Assembly: GCA_963842525.1 (NCBI GenBank)
Contig: CAWJGT010000033.1
Coordinates: 1 to 58,670 of the forward strand
DNA: 58,670 nucleotides
Direction: 5' to 3'
Source of the DNA: an uncultured Holophagales bacterium
Lineage (GTDB): Bacteria; Acidobacteriota; Thermoanaerobaculia; Multivoradales; UBA5704
Positions 27,933-38,842 of the stretch are shown here, one piece after another; within the stretch, counting starts at the first letter, position 1; each line of letters starts with the position of its first letter. The translations under genes and the position numbers were made by a program. The notes beneath the pieces were generated by a model that saw nothing but the letters and a program-made list of their open reading frames with translations, ran no database searches and was not told the origin of the DNA.

Positions 27933-28093
27933 CGCCACCTCCTGGAAGCGGCATCAAAATACACCAACTCCGGCCGGAGGAAGCCGCTCCGGCCCGTGGC
28001 CGTCCCGCTCCGGCTCGGGGCTCAACCGGAAGCGTTATGGGGCGAAGCTCGCCAAGCTCTGGCCTGATTTTCCTGAAAAATGAACGAGCTGCA

Positions 28094-28141
28094 CCGCGGA
28101 GCAGGCCGTCCCGACCGCGGAGCGGCCAGCCTGCTCCGCGG
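28094..28141. other. 13-bp inverted repeat between the AraC gene end and molybdo-operon 1
   Basis: CCGCGGAGCAGGC ... GCCTGCTCCGCGG. Confidence 0.55.
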
Positions 28142-28196
28142 AACAGGCCAGCCAGCCGAGGACTGGGCGGACCGCTCGGCGGCGGGCTTTGGCATC

Positions 28197-29134
28197 CTAT
28201 CTCCTCGCTGCCTCGCGCAGCCGCTCCAGGTCCCGCATGGGGGGCTGTCCGAACAGCCTCTTGTACTCCCGGCTGAACTGCGAGGCGTCGTCATAGCCAA
28301 CCCTGTAGCCAGCACTGGCGGCATCCAGGTTCTCGCCGAGCAGGATGCGCCGGGCCTCCTGGAGCCGGAGCTGCTTCTGGAATTGTAGGGGGCTCATCGC
28401 CGTGACCGCCTTGAAGTGGTGATGAAAGCCCGAGACGCTCATCCCGAGCTCCCGCGCCAGGCTGTCGATCCGCAGCGGTTGGTTGAACTCCCGGCGGAGC
28501 CGCTCGACGGCTTCCGCGATGCGGTCGGTGTGGCCGCCCAGGAGCGCCAAGTGACGGAGCCGGTTTCCCTGTTCTCCTACCAGCAGCCGGTAGATGATCT
28601 CCCGCGTGATCAGCGGCCGCAGAACCCGCACTTCGGCAGGCGAGTCCAGGAGCCGCACCAGGCGGACCACGGTATCCAGAAGGTTCGCGTCGAGCGGGCT
28701 CACGTCGATCGCCCGCACGTCGCTCCGGTTCTGTGATGAGAGATGACCCGCCTCCACCATCACCGAGCCGACGAGAGCCGGGTCGAGGTCCAGGCGGAGG
28801 CTCAGATACGGCCGTTCCGCCGACGCCTCGAGGACCTGGCCCACGACGGGCAGCTCCACGGTGGCGAGCAGGTAATGGGCCGGGTCATAGCGATAGAGGC
28901 TGTCACCCAGCAGCACCTCCTTGCTCCCCTGCGCGATCACGCAGAAGGAAGGCTTGGAGACTCCGTGGAGCGGCTCCGTCGGAGTCGAAGAGCGGAAGAG
29001 GTGGAGCCCCTTCAGCGGCTCAACCGCGCCGTCCTCCGGGATGGCCCGCGAGATGCGCTCCGCGAGCTCCTCCCCCGGTCGGTGCAATCCCGGTGCGTTC
29101 CACGCTCTGATCCCTGGTGGCCTGTCGAGTCCAT
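28197..29134 (-). CDS. AraC-family regulator, YqhC-like (start uncertain, probable frameshift in the G-run near 29073)
   Basis: AQGSKEV, EIIYRLL, MSPLQFQKQLRL, VGYDDASQFSREYKRLFG. Confidence 0.9.
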
Positions 29135-29189
29135 ATCCCCATCCTAGCCCCCTTCGGCGGACTCTGGATACTTTTCCGAAGAGCTTTGC

Positions 29190-29218
29190 AGGATCGTCCA
29201 ATGAATTGCGAGGATCGT
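29190..29218 (+). promoter_or_regulatory. Putative AraC-type binding site (direct repeat, 21-bp spacing)
   Basis: AGGATCGT at 29190 and 29211, between the divergent AraC and SDR genes. Confidence 0.55.
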
Positions 29219-29398
29219 TATACCGCCCCGCGGCCCGGAGCCCCTACCATGGCTCACGGGGACGGGCACATACGAAGGCTTGTTCCGGCGTGAACTTTGC
29301 ATATTCGTTCGGAGCCCACGTGGTGGTCTTCAACATCCTCCGACAAGAAGGAAGACGCGCTCCGCCTCGTTGTCTCCCGCCTCTGAAAAGGAGATGTC

Positions 29399-30259
29399 AT
29401 GAGTAACAGGAAGATCTGGCTCATCACCGGAGCTGGCCGTGGCATGGGCGTCGAGTTCGCCAAAGCCGCACTGGCGGCGGGCCACGCGGTTGTGGCCTCG
29501 GGCCGGGACCGCGACGGCGTGGCCAAGGCCTTGGGTCAGTCGGACGACCTGCTGGCCGTCAAGCTGGACGTGACCAGGCGCGGCGATGCCGAGGCGGCGG
29601 TGCAGGCCGCTGTCGACCGGTTCGGCCGCATCGACGTGCTGGTCAACAATGCTGCCAGCTTTTATGCCGGCTACTTCGAGGAGCTGACGCCAGAGCAGAT
29701 GGAGCGGCAGTTGACGACGAGCCTCATTGGCCCGATGAACGTCACCCGCGCTGTCCTGCCGGTGATGCGCAAGCAGCGCTCGGGGCACATCATCTCCATC
29801 TCGTCGAGCGCGGGCCTCGTCGGCTTCGAGTTCTGCAGCGCCTACGCCGCCTCGAAGTTCGGCCTGGAGGGATGGATGGAGTCGCTGCACGCCGAGATCG
29901 CGCCGTTCGGCATTACCACCACCATCGTCAATCCGGGGTTCTTCCGCACGGAGCTTCTCACCGAGAGATCGACGAACTACGCCGCGCCGTCCATCGAGGA
30001 CTACGACGAGCGCAGAACGAAGCAGCTCGAGTTTTGGAAAGCCCAGAATGGCCTGCAAACCGGCGATCCGGCCAAGCTCGCGCGAGCGCTCATCACGATC
30101 GCCAGCCAGGAGCCGCCGCCGCGCCGCTTTATCGCCGGCGCCGATGCCGTTACCACCGTGGAGCAGAAGGTCGCCGACCTGAAGGCGCAGACCGACGCGC
30201 ACCGGGACCTCTCGACGTCCCTTGATCTCGACCGAGAGCCCGCCGCACTGGCGGTGTAG
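29399..30259 (+). CDS. Short-chain dehydrogenase/reductase
   Basis: TGAGRGMG, NNA, YAASK. Confidence 0.95.
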   Translation: MSNRKIWLITGAGRGMGVEFAKAALAAGHAVVASGRDRDGVAKALGQSDDLLAVKLDVTRRGDAEAAVQAAVDRFGRIDVLVNNAASFYAGYFEELTPEQMERQLTTSLIGPMNVTRAVLPVMRKQRSGHIISISSSAGLVGFEFCSAYAASKFGLEGWMESLHAEIAPFGITTTIVNPGFFRTELLTERSTNYAAPSIEDYDERRTKQLEFWKAQNGLQTGDPAKLARALITIASQEPPPRRFIAGADAVTTVEQKVADLKAQTDAHRDLSTSLDLDREPAALAV

Positions 30260-30382
30260 ATGCGATGCGCACACGGGCACAGGCGTCACATGAAATTGCT
30301 CGCCGCGACCGTCCTCTCCTTTTCTCTGGTCTTCCAGAACAACAACTGACGCGCGACCGAAGGCGCACAGGGGGATCCTCAA

Positions 30383-31207
30383 ATGAACGACGACTTCGAC
30401 GAGACCTCGGAACCTGAGCTGACGGACGACGAGGACGCGCTGCTGGAGGAGATGCCGGCGTTGACCGGCGTTGGGCAGACGCGACGCACGTTCCTGGGAC
30501 AGACGATCGCAGGCGGTCTCGGATTCTTCGCCCTCGACCTGCTGTCGCTCGAAGAAGTTTTCGCGGCACTGAGTCCTTCGCCCGACGCGGTGCTCGCCGC
30601 GGATGCCGCGGTGGAAAATCTCGTGAAGGTCGCTTTCAAGGTCAACGGCGCGACGAAAACCCTGGCAATCGATTCACGCGTCGTGCTGCTCGACGCGCTG
30701 CGCGAAAGGCTCGAGCTGACCGGCACGAAGAAAGGCTGCGACCAGGGCCAGTGCGGGGCCTGCACGGTGCTCGTCGACGGGCGGCGCGTCCTGTCGTGCC
30801 TGACGCTCACCGCGACCGTCGAGGGCCGGGAGGTCACGACGATCGAGGGGCTGGCGAAGGGGGATGAGCTCCACCCGATGCAGGCGGCCTTCATCAAGTA
30901 TGACGGCTTCCAGTGCGGGTACTGCACGCCGGGGCAGATCTGCTCCGCCGTCGGACTGCTCGAAGAGGCGCGCCGCGGCGACGTGAGCCACGTCACGGAA
31001 GACGTGACGGTGACGACGACCCGGCTCACGGACGACCAGATCGGCGAACGGATGAGCGGCAACATCTGCCGCTGCGGGGCTTACCCGGGGATCGTCGCCG
31101 CGATCCAGGAGGTTCATTCGGGCAGACAGACCGAGCACACGTGGCGCTTTGTCGACGAAGAGCAGTTGGCCCGCGTGAGGAAGGAGGACGCCGATGAGAC
31201 CGTTTAA
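30383..31207 (+). CDS. paoA: PaoA/YagT-like [2Fe-2S] subunit with Tat signal
   Basis: TRRTFL, GTKKGCDQGQCGAC, QCGYCTPGQIC, MSGNICRC. Confidence 0.85.
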   Translation: MNDDFDETSEPELTDDEDALLEEMPALTGVGQTRRTFLGQTIAGGLGFFALDLLSLEEVFAALSPSPDAVLAADAAVENLVKVAFKVNGATKTLAIDSRVVLLDALRERLELTGTKKGCDQGQCGACTVLVDGRRVLSCLTLTATVEGREVTTIEGLAKGDELHPMQAAFIKYDGFQCGYCTPGQICSAVGLLEEARRGDVSHVTEDVTVTTTRLTDDQIGERMSGNICRCGAYPGIVAAIQEVHSGRQTEHTWRFVDEEQLARVRKEDADETV

Positions 31208-32204
31208 CTACGTGCGCGCAAGCGACCCGAATGCGGCCGCCCGCGTCGTCGCGGCGAACCCGCAGGCGAAGTTCCTGGCGGGCGGCACGAACCTCCTCGA
31301 TCTGATGAAAGAGGACGTCGAGCGTCCCAACGAGCTGGTAGACCTCACGCGCCTGAAGCTGAGCGAGATCAAGTTAATGCGCGGTGACCGCGGCGGCGTC
31401 TCCATCGGCGGTGTCTCCATCGGAGCCTTGGCGACGAACACGGAAACAGCCAACCATCCCCTCATCCGCCAGAGCTACCCGCTCCTGACGCAGGCCATTG
31501 TCGCGGGCGCCTCCGCGCAGCTCCGCAACATGGCGACCAACGGCGGGAACCTCTTGCAGCGCACGCGCTGCCAGTACTTCTACGACACGGCCATGCCGTG
31601 CAACAAACGGGAGCCCGGCACCGGCTGCGGCGCTCGCGAAGGGCTCAACCGGATTCACGCCATCCTCGGCTGGAGCGAGAAGTGCGTCGCCACCTACCCG
31701 GGCGACATGGCGAATGCGCTCTACGCGCTCGACGCCGTCGTGAGGGTCAGGGGCGCGGGCGGGCATGAGCGCACGATCCCGATCGGCGATTTCCACCGCC
31801 TGCCGGGCGACACGCCGGAGAAAGACAACAACCTCCAGCACGGCGAGCTCATCGTGGCCATCGAGCTGCCGGAGTCCAACTTTGCGAAGAATTCCTATTA
31901 TTTGAAGGTCCGCGACCGCGCCTCGTACGCCTTCGCACTTGTCGCGGTTGCCGCCGCCCTCGAGCTCGACGGCGGCACGATCCAACAGGCGCGCGTCGTG
32001 CTCGGCGGCGTGGCTCACAAACCGTGGCGGAGCCGTGAGGCGGAAGCTGCGCTCGCGGGAAACCGCGCTTCGGAGGAGAGCTTCCGGCAGGCTGCCGAGG
32101 CGGCGCTCCAAGACGCGAAGCCCCTCGCGCATAACACCTACAAAGTCGAGCTGGGGAAGCGGGCGATCGTTCGCGCGCTGATGCGTGCGAGCAAGCTGGC
32201 GTGA
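31194..32204 (+). CDS. paoB: PaoB/YagS-like FAD subunit with four-Cys [4Fe-4S] insert
   Basis: AGGTNLLDLMK, RCQYFYD..CNKR..GC...C, KVRDRASYAF. Confidence 0.85.
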   Translation: MRPFNYVRASDPNAAARVVAANPQAKFLAGGTNLLDLMKEDVERPNELVDLTRLKLSEIKLMRGDRGGVSIGGVSIGALATNTETANHPLIRQSYPLLTQAIVAGASAQLRNMATNGGNLLQRTRCQYFYDTAMPCNKREPGTGCGAREGLNRIHAILGWSEKCVATYPGDMANALYALDAVVRVRGAGGHERTIPIGDFHRLPGDTPEKDNNLQHGELIVAIELPESNFAKNSYYLKVRDRASYAFALVAVAAALELDGGTIQQARVVLGGVAHKPWRSREAEAALAGNRASEESFRQAAEAALQDAKPLAHNTYKVELGKRAIVRALMRASKLA

Positions 32205-32217
32205 CTGGAGGAATCCG

Positions 32218-34398
32218 ATGCCGCGATACATAGGAAAAGAGATGAGCCGCGTGGATGGCGTGGCGAAGGTAACGGGCAAAGCCAAGTACACGGCGGAATT
32301 CCAGGTGCCGAACCTCGCGTACGGCTTCCTCGTGCTGGGGACCGCGGCCAGGGGCACGATCAAGGCGATCGACACGCGGGAAGCCGAAGGCGCCGCGGGA
32401 GTGATCCGCGTCTTCACGCACCTGAACGCACCGAAGCTCCAGGCCCAGGAAGAAGGGGACACGTCGTTCCAGGCGCTCCAGTCCGATAAAATCTTTTTCA
32501 ACGGCCAGCCCGTGGCCCTCGTCGTCGCCGAGACGTATGAACAGGCGCGGTACGCGGCGCGCCTCGTCAAAGCCTCCTACAACGCGGAACAGCACGTGAC
32601 CGACACGGAGGCGGTGCGCGGGCGCGCGCGAGTGCCCTCGCAGGGGCGGCCCCCGAAGCCTCGTGGCAACCCTGAGGAGGCGATGCGGAGCGCACCGGTG
32701 AAGATCGAGGCCGAGTACCGCATCCCCATCGAGCACCACAACCCCATGGAGCCGCACGCGGCCATCGCCGTCTGGCAGGGCGACCAGCTCACGATCTTCG
32801 ACAAGACGCAGGAAGTCTATAGCGTGCGCGAGCATCTCGCTTCGAGCTTCGGCATCCCCGAGGAAAACGTGAACGTCGTCTCGCCTTTCGTCGGCGGGGC
32901 CTTCGGATCGTCGCTGCGGCCGAACTATTACCCCGCGCTGACGGCGATGGCGGCCCGCGAGCTCAAGCGTCCGGTCAAGGTCGTCTACACGCGCACGCAG
33001 ATGTTCACCGGCCATGGCTACCGCCCGTATACAATTCAGAAAATCGCGCTCGGCGCGGAGCGTTCGGGGAAGCTCTCCGCGATGATCCACGAGGCCGTGC
33101 ACAACACTTCCAGCTTCGAAGAGTTCTCGGACGCCACCACGAATTTCACGCGCCAGGTCTATGCATGCCCGAACCTTTACGCGCCGGTAAAGATTACCGG
33201 CACGGACCTCAACACCCCGACCTGGATGCGCGCGCCGGGGGCCGTCAGCGGTATGTTTGCGCTCGAAAGCGCGATGGACGAGCTTGCGTACGCGCTGAAG
33301 ATCGATCCGCTGGAGCTGCGTCTCATCAACTACGCTGAGAAAGACCCGGAGAGCGGCAAGCCGTTTTCGAGCAAGGCGCTGCGCGAGTGCTACCGGCTCG
33401 GCGCGGAGAAATTCGGCTGGAAGGACCGCAAGTTCGAGCCGCGCTCGATGCGCGACGGGCGTCTCCTCGTCGGTTGGGGGATGGCGACCGGCATCTGGGG
33501 CGCGTTTCAGATGCCCGCCACGGCCCGCATCACGCTCAAGGCGGACGGGACGGCGCACGTCGCCAGCGCGACGAGCGACATCGGCCCCGGGACCTACACG
33601 GTCATCACCATGATCGCTGCCGAGTACCTGGGGCTGAGGCCGGAGCAGGTCAACTTCGAGCTCGGCGACACGAAGTTCCCGCGGGCGCCGTCGCAGGGGG
33701 GCTCCTGGACGACGGCGAGCGTCGGCTCGGCCGTCCACGGCGCAGCCCTGGCCGTCGGCGCGAAGCTGTTGTCGCTCGCGAACCGGGAAGAGGGCTCACC
33801 GCTGAAGGCGGCCGACGACGACGTAGAGATGCTCGACGGCCGCCTGCAACTCAAAAGCGATCCGTCGCGGTCCGTCAGCGTCTCCGAAGTCATGAAGCGC
33901 AACGGCCTCGCCGAGATCACCGAGACGTTCGAGGCGCGCCCCTCGAAGGAGCGTGAGAAGTACGCGACGCTGGCGCACGGCGCGCAGTTCGTCGAGGTCA
34001 AGGTGGACCCCGACCTGGGGACCATCCGCGTGACGCGTGCCATCGAGGTCACGGCCTGTGGCAAGATCATCAACCCCAAGGCGTCACACAGCCAGGAGAT
34101 CGGCGGCGTGGTCTGGGGCATCGGGATGGCGCTGCAGGAGGCTACGGAAATCGACCACCGGTACGGACGGATCATGAACCCGAACCTCCAGCACTATCAC
34201 GTCCCCGTCAACGCAGACGTCCACGAGATCGAGACGATGTTCGTCGAGGAGGACGACACGATCGTCAACCCGCTTGGCGTCAAGGGCATGGGTGAGCTCG
34301 GGATGGTCGGCATTCCGGCAGCCATCGCCAACGCCGTGTTCCACGCCACGGGCAGACGCATCCGGGATCTGCCGATTACGCCGGACAAGTTGCTGTAA
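32218..34398 (+). CDS. paoC: PaoC/YagR-like molybdopterin subunit
   Basis: RVDGVAKVTG, HNPMEPH, GGAFGS, MRAPG, KGMGELG, TPDKLL. Confidence 0.85.
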   Translation: MPRYIGKEMSRVDGVAKVTGKAKYTAEFQVPNLAYGFLVLGTAARGTIKAIDTREAEGAAGVIRVFTHLNAPKLQAQEEGDTSFQALQSDKIFFNGQPVALVVAETYEQARYAARLVKASYNAEQHVTDTEAVRGRARVPSQGRPPKPRGNPEEAMRSAPVKIEAEYRIPIEHHNPMEPHAAIAVWQGDQLTIFDKTQEVYSVREHLASSFGIPEENVNVVSPFVGGAFGSSLRPNYYPALTAMAARELKRPVKVVYTRTQMFTGHGYRPYTIQKIALGAERSGKLSAMIHEAVHNTSSFEEFSDATTNFTRQVYACPNLYAPVKITGTDLNTPTWMRAPGAVSGMFALESAMDELAYALKIDPLELRLINYAEKDPESGKPFSSKALRECYRLGAEKFGWKDRKFEPRSMRDGRLLVGWGMATGIWGAFQMPATARITLKADGTAHVASATSDIGPGTYTVITMIAAEYLGLRPEQVNFELGDTKFPRAPSQGGSWTTASVGSAVHGAALAVGAKLLSLANREEGSPLKAADDDVEMLDGRLQLKSDPSRSVSVSEVMKRNGLAEITETFEARPSKEREKYATLAHGAQFVEVKVDPDLGTIRVTRAIEVTACGKIINPKASHSQEIGGVVWGIGMALQEATEIDHRYGRIMNPNLQHYHVPVNADVHEIETMFVEEDDTIVNPLGVKGMGELGMVGIPAAIANAVFHATGRRIRDLPITPDKLL

Positions 34399-34408
34399 AC
34401 GAGCGACA

Positions 34409-34912
34409 ATGAGCTTGCCGGCCGTTTCCATCCGTCCCGCGGCGCCCGCAGACCTCGAGGCCATTGGCCGGCTCGGCGCACTCCTCGTCCGTACGCACCA
34501 CGACTTCGACCCGGACCGCTTCATCCCTGCGACGCCGCAGACCGAGCACGCCTACGGCTCGTTTCTCGGGACGCAGCTCGATAAGCCGAACATCATCATC
34601 CTTGTCGCCGAGCGCGACGGCGAGATGGTTGGCTATACGTACGCGGGAGTCGAGGGGAATGATTACATATCGCTGCGCGGGCCGGCGGGCGTGCTGTATG
34701 ACATCGTGGTCGATACCGCCCATCGCGGGCACGGCGTCGGTCGGGTGTTGCTCGACGCGACACTGGAGGCACTCAAGGCGAAAGGCGCGCCCCGGGTTGT
34801 GCTCTCGACGGCAGAGCGGAACGAGTCCGCGCAGCGGCTTTTTGCTCGCGCGGGATTCCGGCGAACGATGATCGAGATGACTCGAGAGCTCAGCGTGCCG
34901 GGAGAGGACTGA
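34409..34912 (+). CDS. GNAT family acetyltransferase
   Basis: IRPA...D, HRGHGVGR, NESAQRLFARAGF. Confidence 0.85.
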   Translation: MSLPAVSIRPAAPADLEAIGRLGALLVRTHHDFDPDRFIPATPQTEHAYGSFLGTQLDKPNIIILVAERDGEMVGYTYAGVEGNDYISLRGPAGVLYDIVVDTAHRGHGVGRVLLDATLEALKAKGAPRVVLSTAERNESAQRLFARAGFRRTMIEMTRELSVPGED

Positions 34913-34919
34913 AGCGGCG

Positions 34920-35452
34920 GTGCTCCCGACGCTGCTCGTGGTCACGATGGGCAGCGTCATTCTCGCGCTGGTGCTCGCACGGCTTACCCTCGCCATGAGC
35001 GCGCGCATCAACAATGTCGCGACCGCGGTAGTGTTCCAGTTCTGCGGGACGTTCGCCGTCTGGCTGCTTGCGGAGCGGCTGCACCTCTCGGGCATCATCA
35101 CGCTGGTGGTTTTCGCCATGGCGGCGGCGCGCCGCGTGCCCGAGATCGTGCTGGCGCGCATCCGCATTCCATCGTGGGAGGTGTGGGGGTCACGGTGTTC
35201 GTGCTGAACGTGCTCGCGTTCATCCTCGTGGGCTTCCAGCTCAAGTCCATCGCCGAGCGCGCGCCCGGGGCGATCGGGACGCGCTACGCGGCCGTGGCGG
35301 CAGCCGTGTGCGTCGCGGTCATCCTCGCGCGCATCGCATGGGTGACCGGCGCGGCGGCGTTCAGCCGGTGGCGCTGGCGCCCGCGCCCGGACGGGACGCC
35401 CGGACCCATCAGAAGTGCCAGCCGCATCCGCTCTCCATCCGCTCTCCGTTGA
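34920..35452 (+). pseudogene. Internal fragment of a CPA1/YjcE-like Na+/H+ antiporter
   Basis: AERLHLSGIITLVV, then a shift to VFVLNVLAFILVGFQL...ARIAWV. Both termini are missing. Confidence 0.65.
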
Positions 35453-35548
35453 CACCTGGGCAGTAATCCGGGTCCAATCCGGATCCGCGTCAAGAAGTTT
35501 TCCTCGTTATGCAAGATTGGCGACCCGTTTTTCGTCTTTTTAAGGGGC

Positions 35549-36138
35549 ATGAGCCGAAAACTCCGTTTCATGCCATCCGAGGGGAGCGGTCTCGTCGAGG
35601 TCACCACCCGGACCGTCCACGGCCGCTTCCTGCTCGCTCCCTCTGAGGAGCTCAACGACCTCATCATCGGCGCCCTTGGACGTGCCCAGGAGCTCTACCC
35701 AGTCCGCCTTGTCGCCTTCGCCTTTGCCTCCGGGCACTATCACCTCCTCCTCCAGGTCGACGACACCCGCCAGCTCTCATCATTCATGAACCACTTCAAC
35801 TCCAACCTCGCCCGCGAAGGCGGGCGCCTGACCGATTGGCGTGAGAAGTTCTGGTCCCGCCGCTTCCAGGCAATCCCGATCAGCGATGAGCCCCAGGCCC
35901 AGATCGAGCGTCTCGCGTACATTCTGAGCCACGGGGTCAAGGAGGGACTTGTTGAGCGCATCCGGGACTGGCCGGGCGTCAGCGTCGTTCCCGCCCTGCT
36001 GGACGGCACTCCCCTCGTCGGCCACTGGTTCAGTCGCTCGCGCGAGTACGCAGCGCGCCAGAGGGGCGAGTCCTTCCACCGCCTCGACTTCGCCACCGAA
36101 TACACGCTTCATCTTGAGCAGCTACCCTGCTGGGCCGG
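35549..36138 (+). mobile_element. RAYT/Y1 (HUH) transposase-like gene, apparently C-terminally truncated
   Basis: VTTRT, HYH (HUH), NSNLAR, FWSRRF, YILSH, DWPG. Codon style changes after LPCWAG (about 36138). Confidence 0.7.
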
Positions 36139-36462
36139 AATGCGAGATTTCCGACAGGGAGCTTTCCGCCTCATCTGCCATTCGTCAGCGATCAAGCGTC
36201 CCGTGGTCTCATTCCCGTGCCTGGGTAGCCGGAACGGCCGCCACCACTTCCTGCGCGCGGGATCGGGAGAGGTTTACCCTTCAACCCCCAAAGAGGTCGT
36301 ACAAGCCGCCCAAAACGACCACAAAGAGTGAGCGACAGCCTCGCGGCGTGCAGGTGCTACTCACCAACCCAGTTTCCACGCCAAAACGAGGCGGGAAAGT
36401 GCGATTGACACTTCCAGAAGGTTAACATTCGGCTGGCACGTAGTTGGGGGGGCGAGCCCGAC

Positions 36463-36492
36463 TTGACAGGCGACCAGAGATAGACCTAAATT
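36463..36492 (+). promoter_or_regulatory. Possible sigma70 promoter for the protease-lectin gene
   Basis: TTGACA-N18-TAAATT. GAGGAGG RBS precedes ATG 36556. Confidence 0.4.
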
Positions 36493-36555
36493 TTTCATGC
36501 CACTGTTTGGGAAAGAGCTTTATCACTATGCCTACATCTCCCGAGGAGGTCGAAA

Positions 36556-38509
36556 ATGGCTGACGAACCAAGAGAGCTATTGGCGGTCAAGGAACGTTAC
36601 GAAAAATCGCTACTCGCCAAACCGAACGTCACTGGAGTTGATGTCGGTTTCAAGTACGTCGGCGGGAAGCGAACGGACGAGATCGCGATCCGGGTATTCG
36701 TAAAAAAAAAGGGGGACGTTGCGCTGGCCGATGCCGTCCCTGTATCGCTCGAGGGCGTCAAGACGGATGTGATTGAGGAGCCCGATGTGGAGCTGCAGGT
36801 TCTGCGAGTTCCCGTTGGACAGCCTGTGATTCAGGCAGCCGCGACGGCCAACCCTCTGGTCGGCGGCATCAGCATCGGACCGTGCAGGGCAATCGACGGC
36901 ATCTTTAAGGTCGGCACTCTGGGAGCCATCGTTCAGGACGCCGCGAGAATCAAGTACGCGTTGAGCGCCTTTCACGTGCTCTGTGTCGATGACGGCTGGA
37001 AAAAGGGGGATGACATCACCCAGCCCGGCAGGCCTGACGGGGGCAGTTGTCCCAGCGGCACGATCGGTTCCATCTCCGCAGCGTGTCTGGCGACGAAATA
37101 CAACTGCAACAACCGCCCGGTCGATGCTGCTTTGTCGACCACCGCGGCCCGAGGCATCAGCCCAACCATTCGGAATATCGGTAGGGTTGCGGGAAGCACT
37201 CCCCCGGTGCTCGGCACTGCTGTCCAGAAGCAAGGGCGCACTACCGGGCACACTTTCGGCACGATCGACGGTCTCGACCGAACGATCACCCTCGACTAAG
37301 GTGACGGAATCGGCTCGGTGACGCTGACGAATCAGATCTCCATCGTGCCGGACACAGCACGGAACCCGAGGTTCTGCGACGATGGAGATTCCGGCTCCGT
37401 TGTCGTCGACAACAGAGTTCAGGTAGTGGGTTTGCTGGTCGCGGCTGCGACCGACGGCAGCCGAGCATTTGCCAATGAATTCTCAGACGTGGAGTTGGCG
37501 CTGGGAATCCAGCTCTTCGCCGGCGTCTCCATCGCCATGCCCGTGGGCGCGACCACGGTGGACGGCGGACGTCCCTATGCCTTCGTCGAGGAGACCGATG
37601 GCCACTTGTGGGTGAATTGGTGGGACGGTTCGCGATGGCACTGGTCGGATCAGGGGATCCCAAGCGGCGTCGCGATCGCAAGCGCGATGGGTGTCATCAC
37701 CGTCGACGGCGGACGCCCCTACGCCTTTGTTCTGGGCAGTGATGGCAACCTGTGGATGAACTGGTGGGATGGGTCTAGCTCGAAATGGTCAAACCAGGGT
37801 AGGCCCGGAGTCGCGATTGCGCAGGCCGTTGGCGCGATCACGGAGGACGGCGGATTCACGTACGTCTTCATCGTGGGCGGCGATGGAAAGCTCTGGATAA
37901 ACGTGTGGAATAGGTCCAACTGGACCTGGTACCGGGCTAAGCCCGGAGTCGCGATTGCGCAGGCCGTTGGCGCGATCACGGTGGACGGCAGACGCCCGTA
38001 CGCCTTCATCGTGGGCCTCGATGGAAACCTCTGGAAGTACTGGCGGGGTGAGTCTGACTGGTACTGGTCAAACCAGGGTACGCCCGGAGTCGCGATTGCG
38101 AAGGCCGTTGGCGCGATCACGGTGGACGGCGGACGCCCGTACGCCTTCATCGTGGGCGGCGATGGAAACCTCTGGATAAACTGGTGGAATGGGTCTCACT
38201 GGCACTGGTCAAACCAGGGTACGCCCGGTGTCGCGATTGCGAAGGCCGTTGGCGCGATCACGGTGGACGGCGGACGCCCGTACGCTTTCATCGTGGGCAG
38301 CGATGGAAACCTCTGGATAAACTGGTGGGATGGGTCTCACTGGCACTGGTTCGAACCAGAACGTGCCGAGTGGGGTTACCATCGCCGGAACGGTCGGTGC
38401 GATCACTGTAGACGGCGGACGTCCGTACGTCTTCATTCAGGGCTCCGACGGCCACCTCTGGATAAACTGGTGGGACGGCTCCAACTGGCACTGGAGCGAT
38501 CAGTTCTGA
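36556..38509 (+). pseudogene. Trypsin-like (Nal1-type) serine protease fused to a 7-blade Trp-rich beta-propeller. In-frame TAA at 37297 and frameshift near 38350
   Basis: Propeptide NVTGVDVG, GTLG, AFHVL (His), VDAAL (Asp), GRTTG, GDSGS (Ser). ORFs 36556 and 37318 share a frame. Seven repeats of GAITVDGGRPYAFIVGxDGNLWINWWDG. Confidence 0.8.
37540..38500 (+). repeat. About 138-bp intragenic tandem repeats (propeller blades)
   Basis: GCCGTTGGCGCGATCACGGTGGACGGC recurs. Blades 4-6 are highly similar in DNA. Confidence 0.9.
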
Positions 38510-38842
38510 GCGAGCTTCCCGCGAGGCGGCGCCGCAGCCGTCGCTCGAAAGGACGAGCAGAAGGCGGGTACGGTTGGCCATCGATGTCTCCTCTCTTGTG
38601 CATCTACTAATAATAACGCGATCGATTGACCGTGGGAAGGTCTCTCATGGACCGGAAGTCGGAGACCCGGCCTGGCCACGCCCTGCTCGACCACGCCGAC
38701 ATCCGTCAGGAGCCCGCGTGTCCCGTCAGCGGCTCGACAAGGGCTCGAAGCGTTCACGCGAACCCGATCCCGTTCACGGCGGAGCCGCCGAGAATCCTCT
38801 GGCAGCTCAAAGGGCCTCAAAGGGCGGGACTGTGTCTTGATG

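Noticed and set aside
36434-36447. Sigma54-like TGGCACG..TTG
   Set aside because: Spacing is off by one and the -12 GC is absent.
37540-38500. DGR template/variable repeat pair
   Set aside because: Differences between repeats are not adenine-specific, all copies lie within one gene, and there is no reverse transcriptase in the window.
38648-38710. ALLDHADIR resembling the tyrosine recombinase LLGH motif
   Set aside because: Too short, and no other integrase motifs are nearby.
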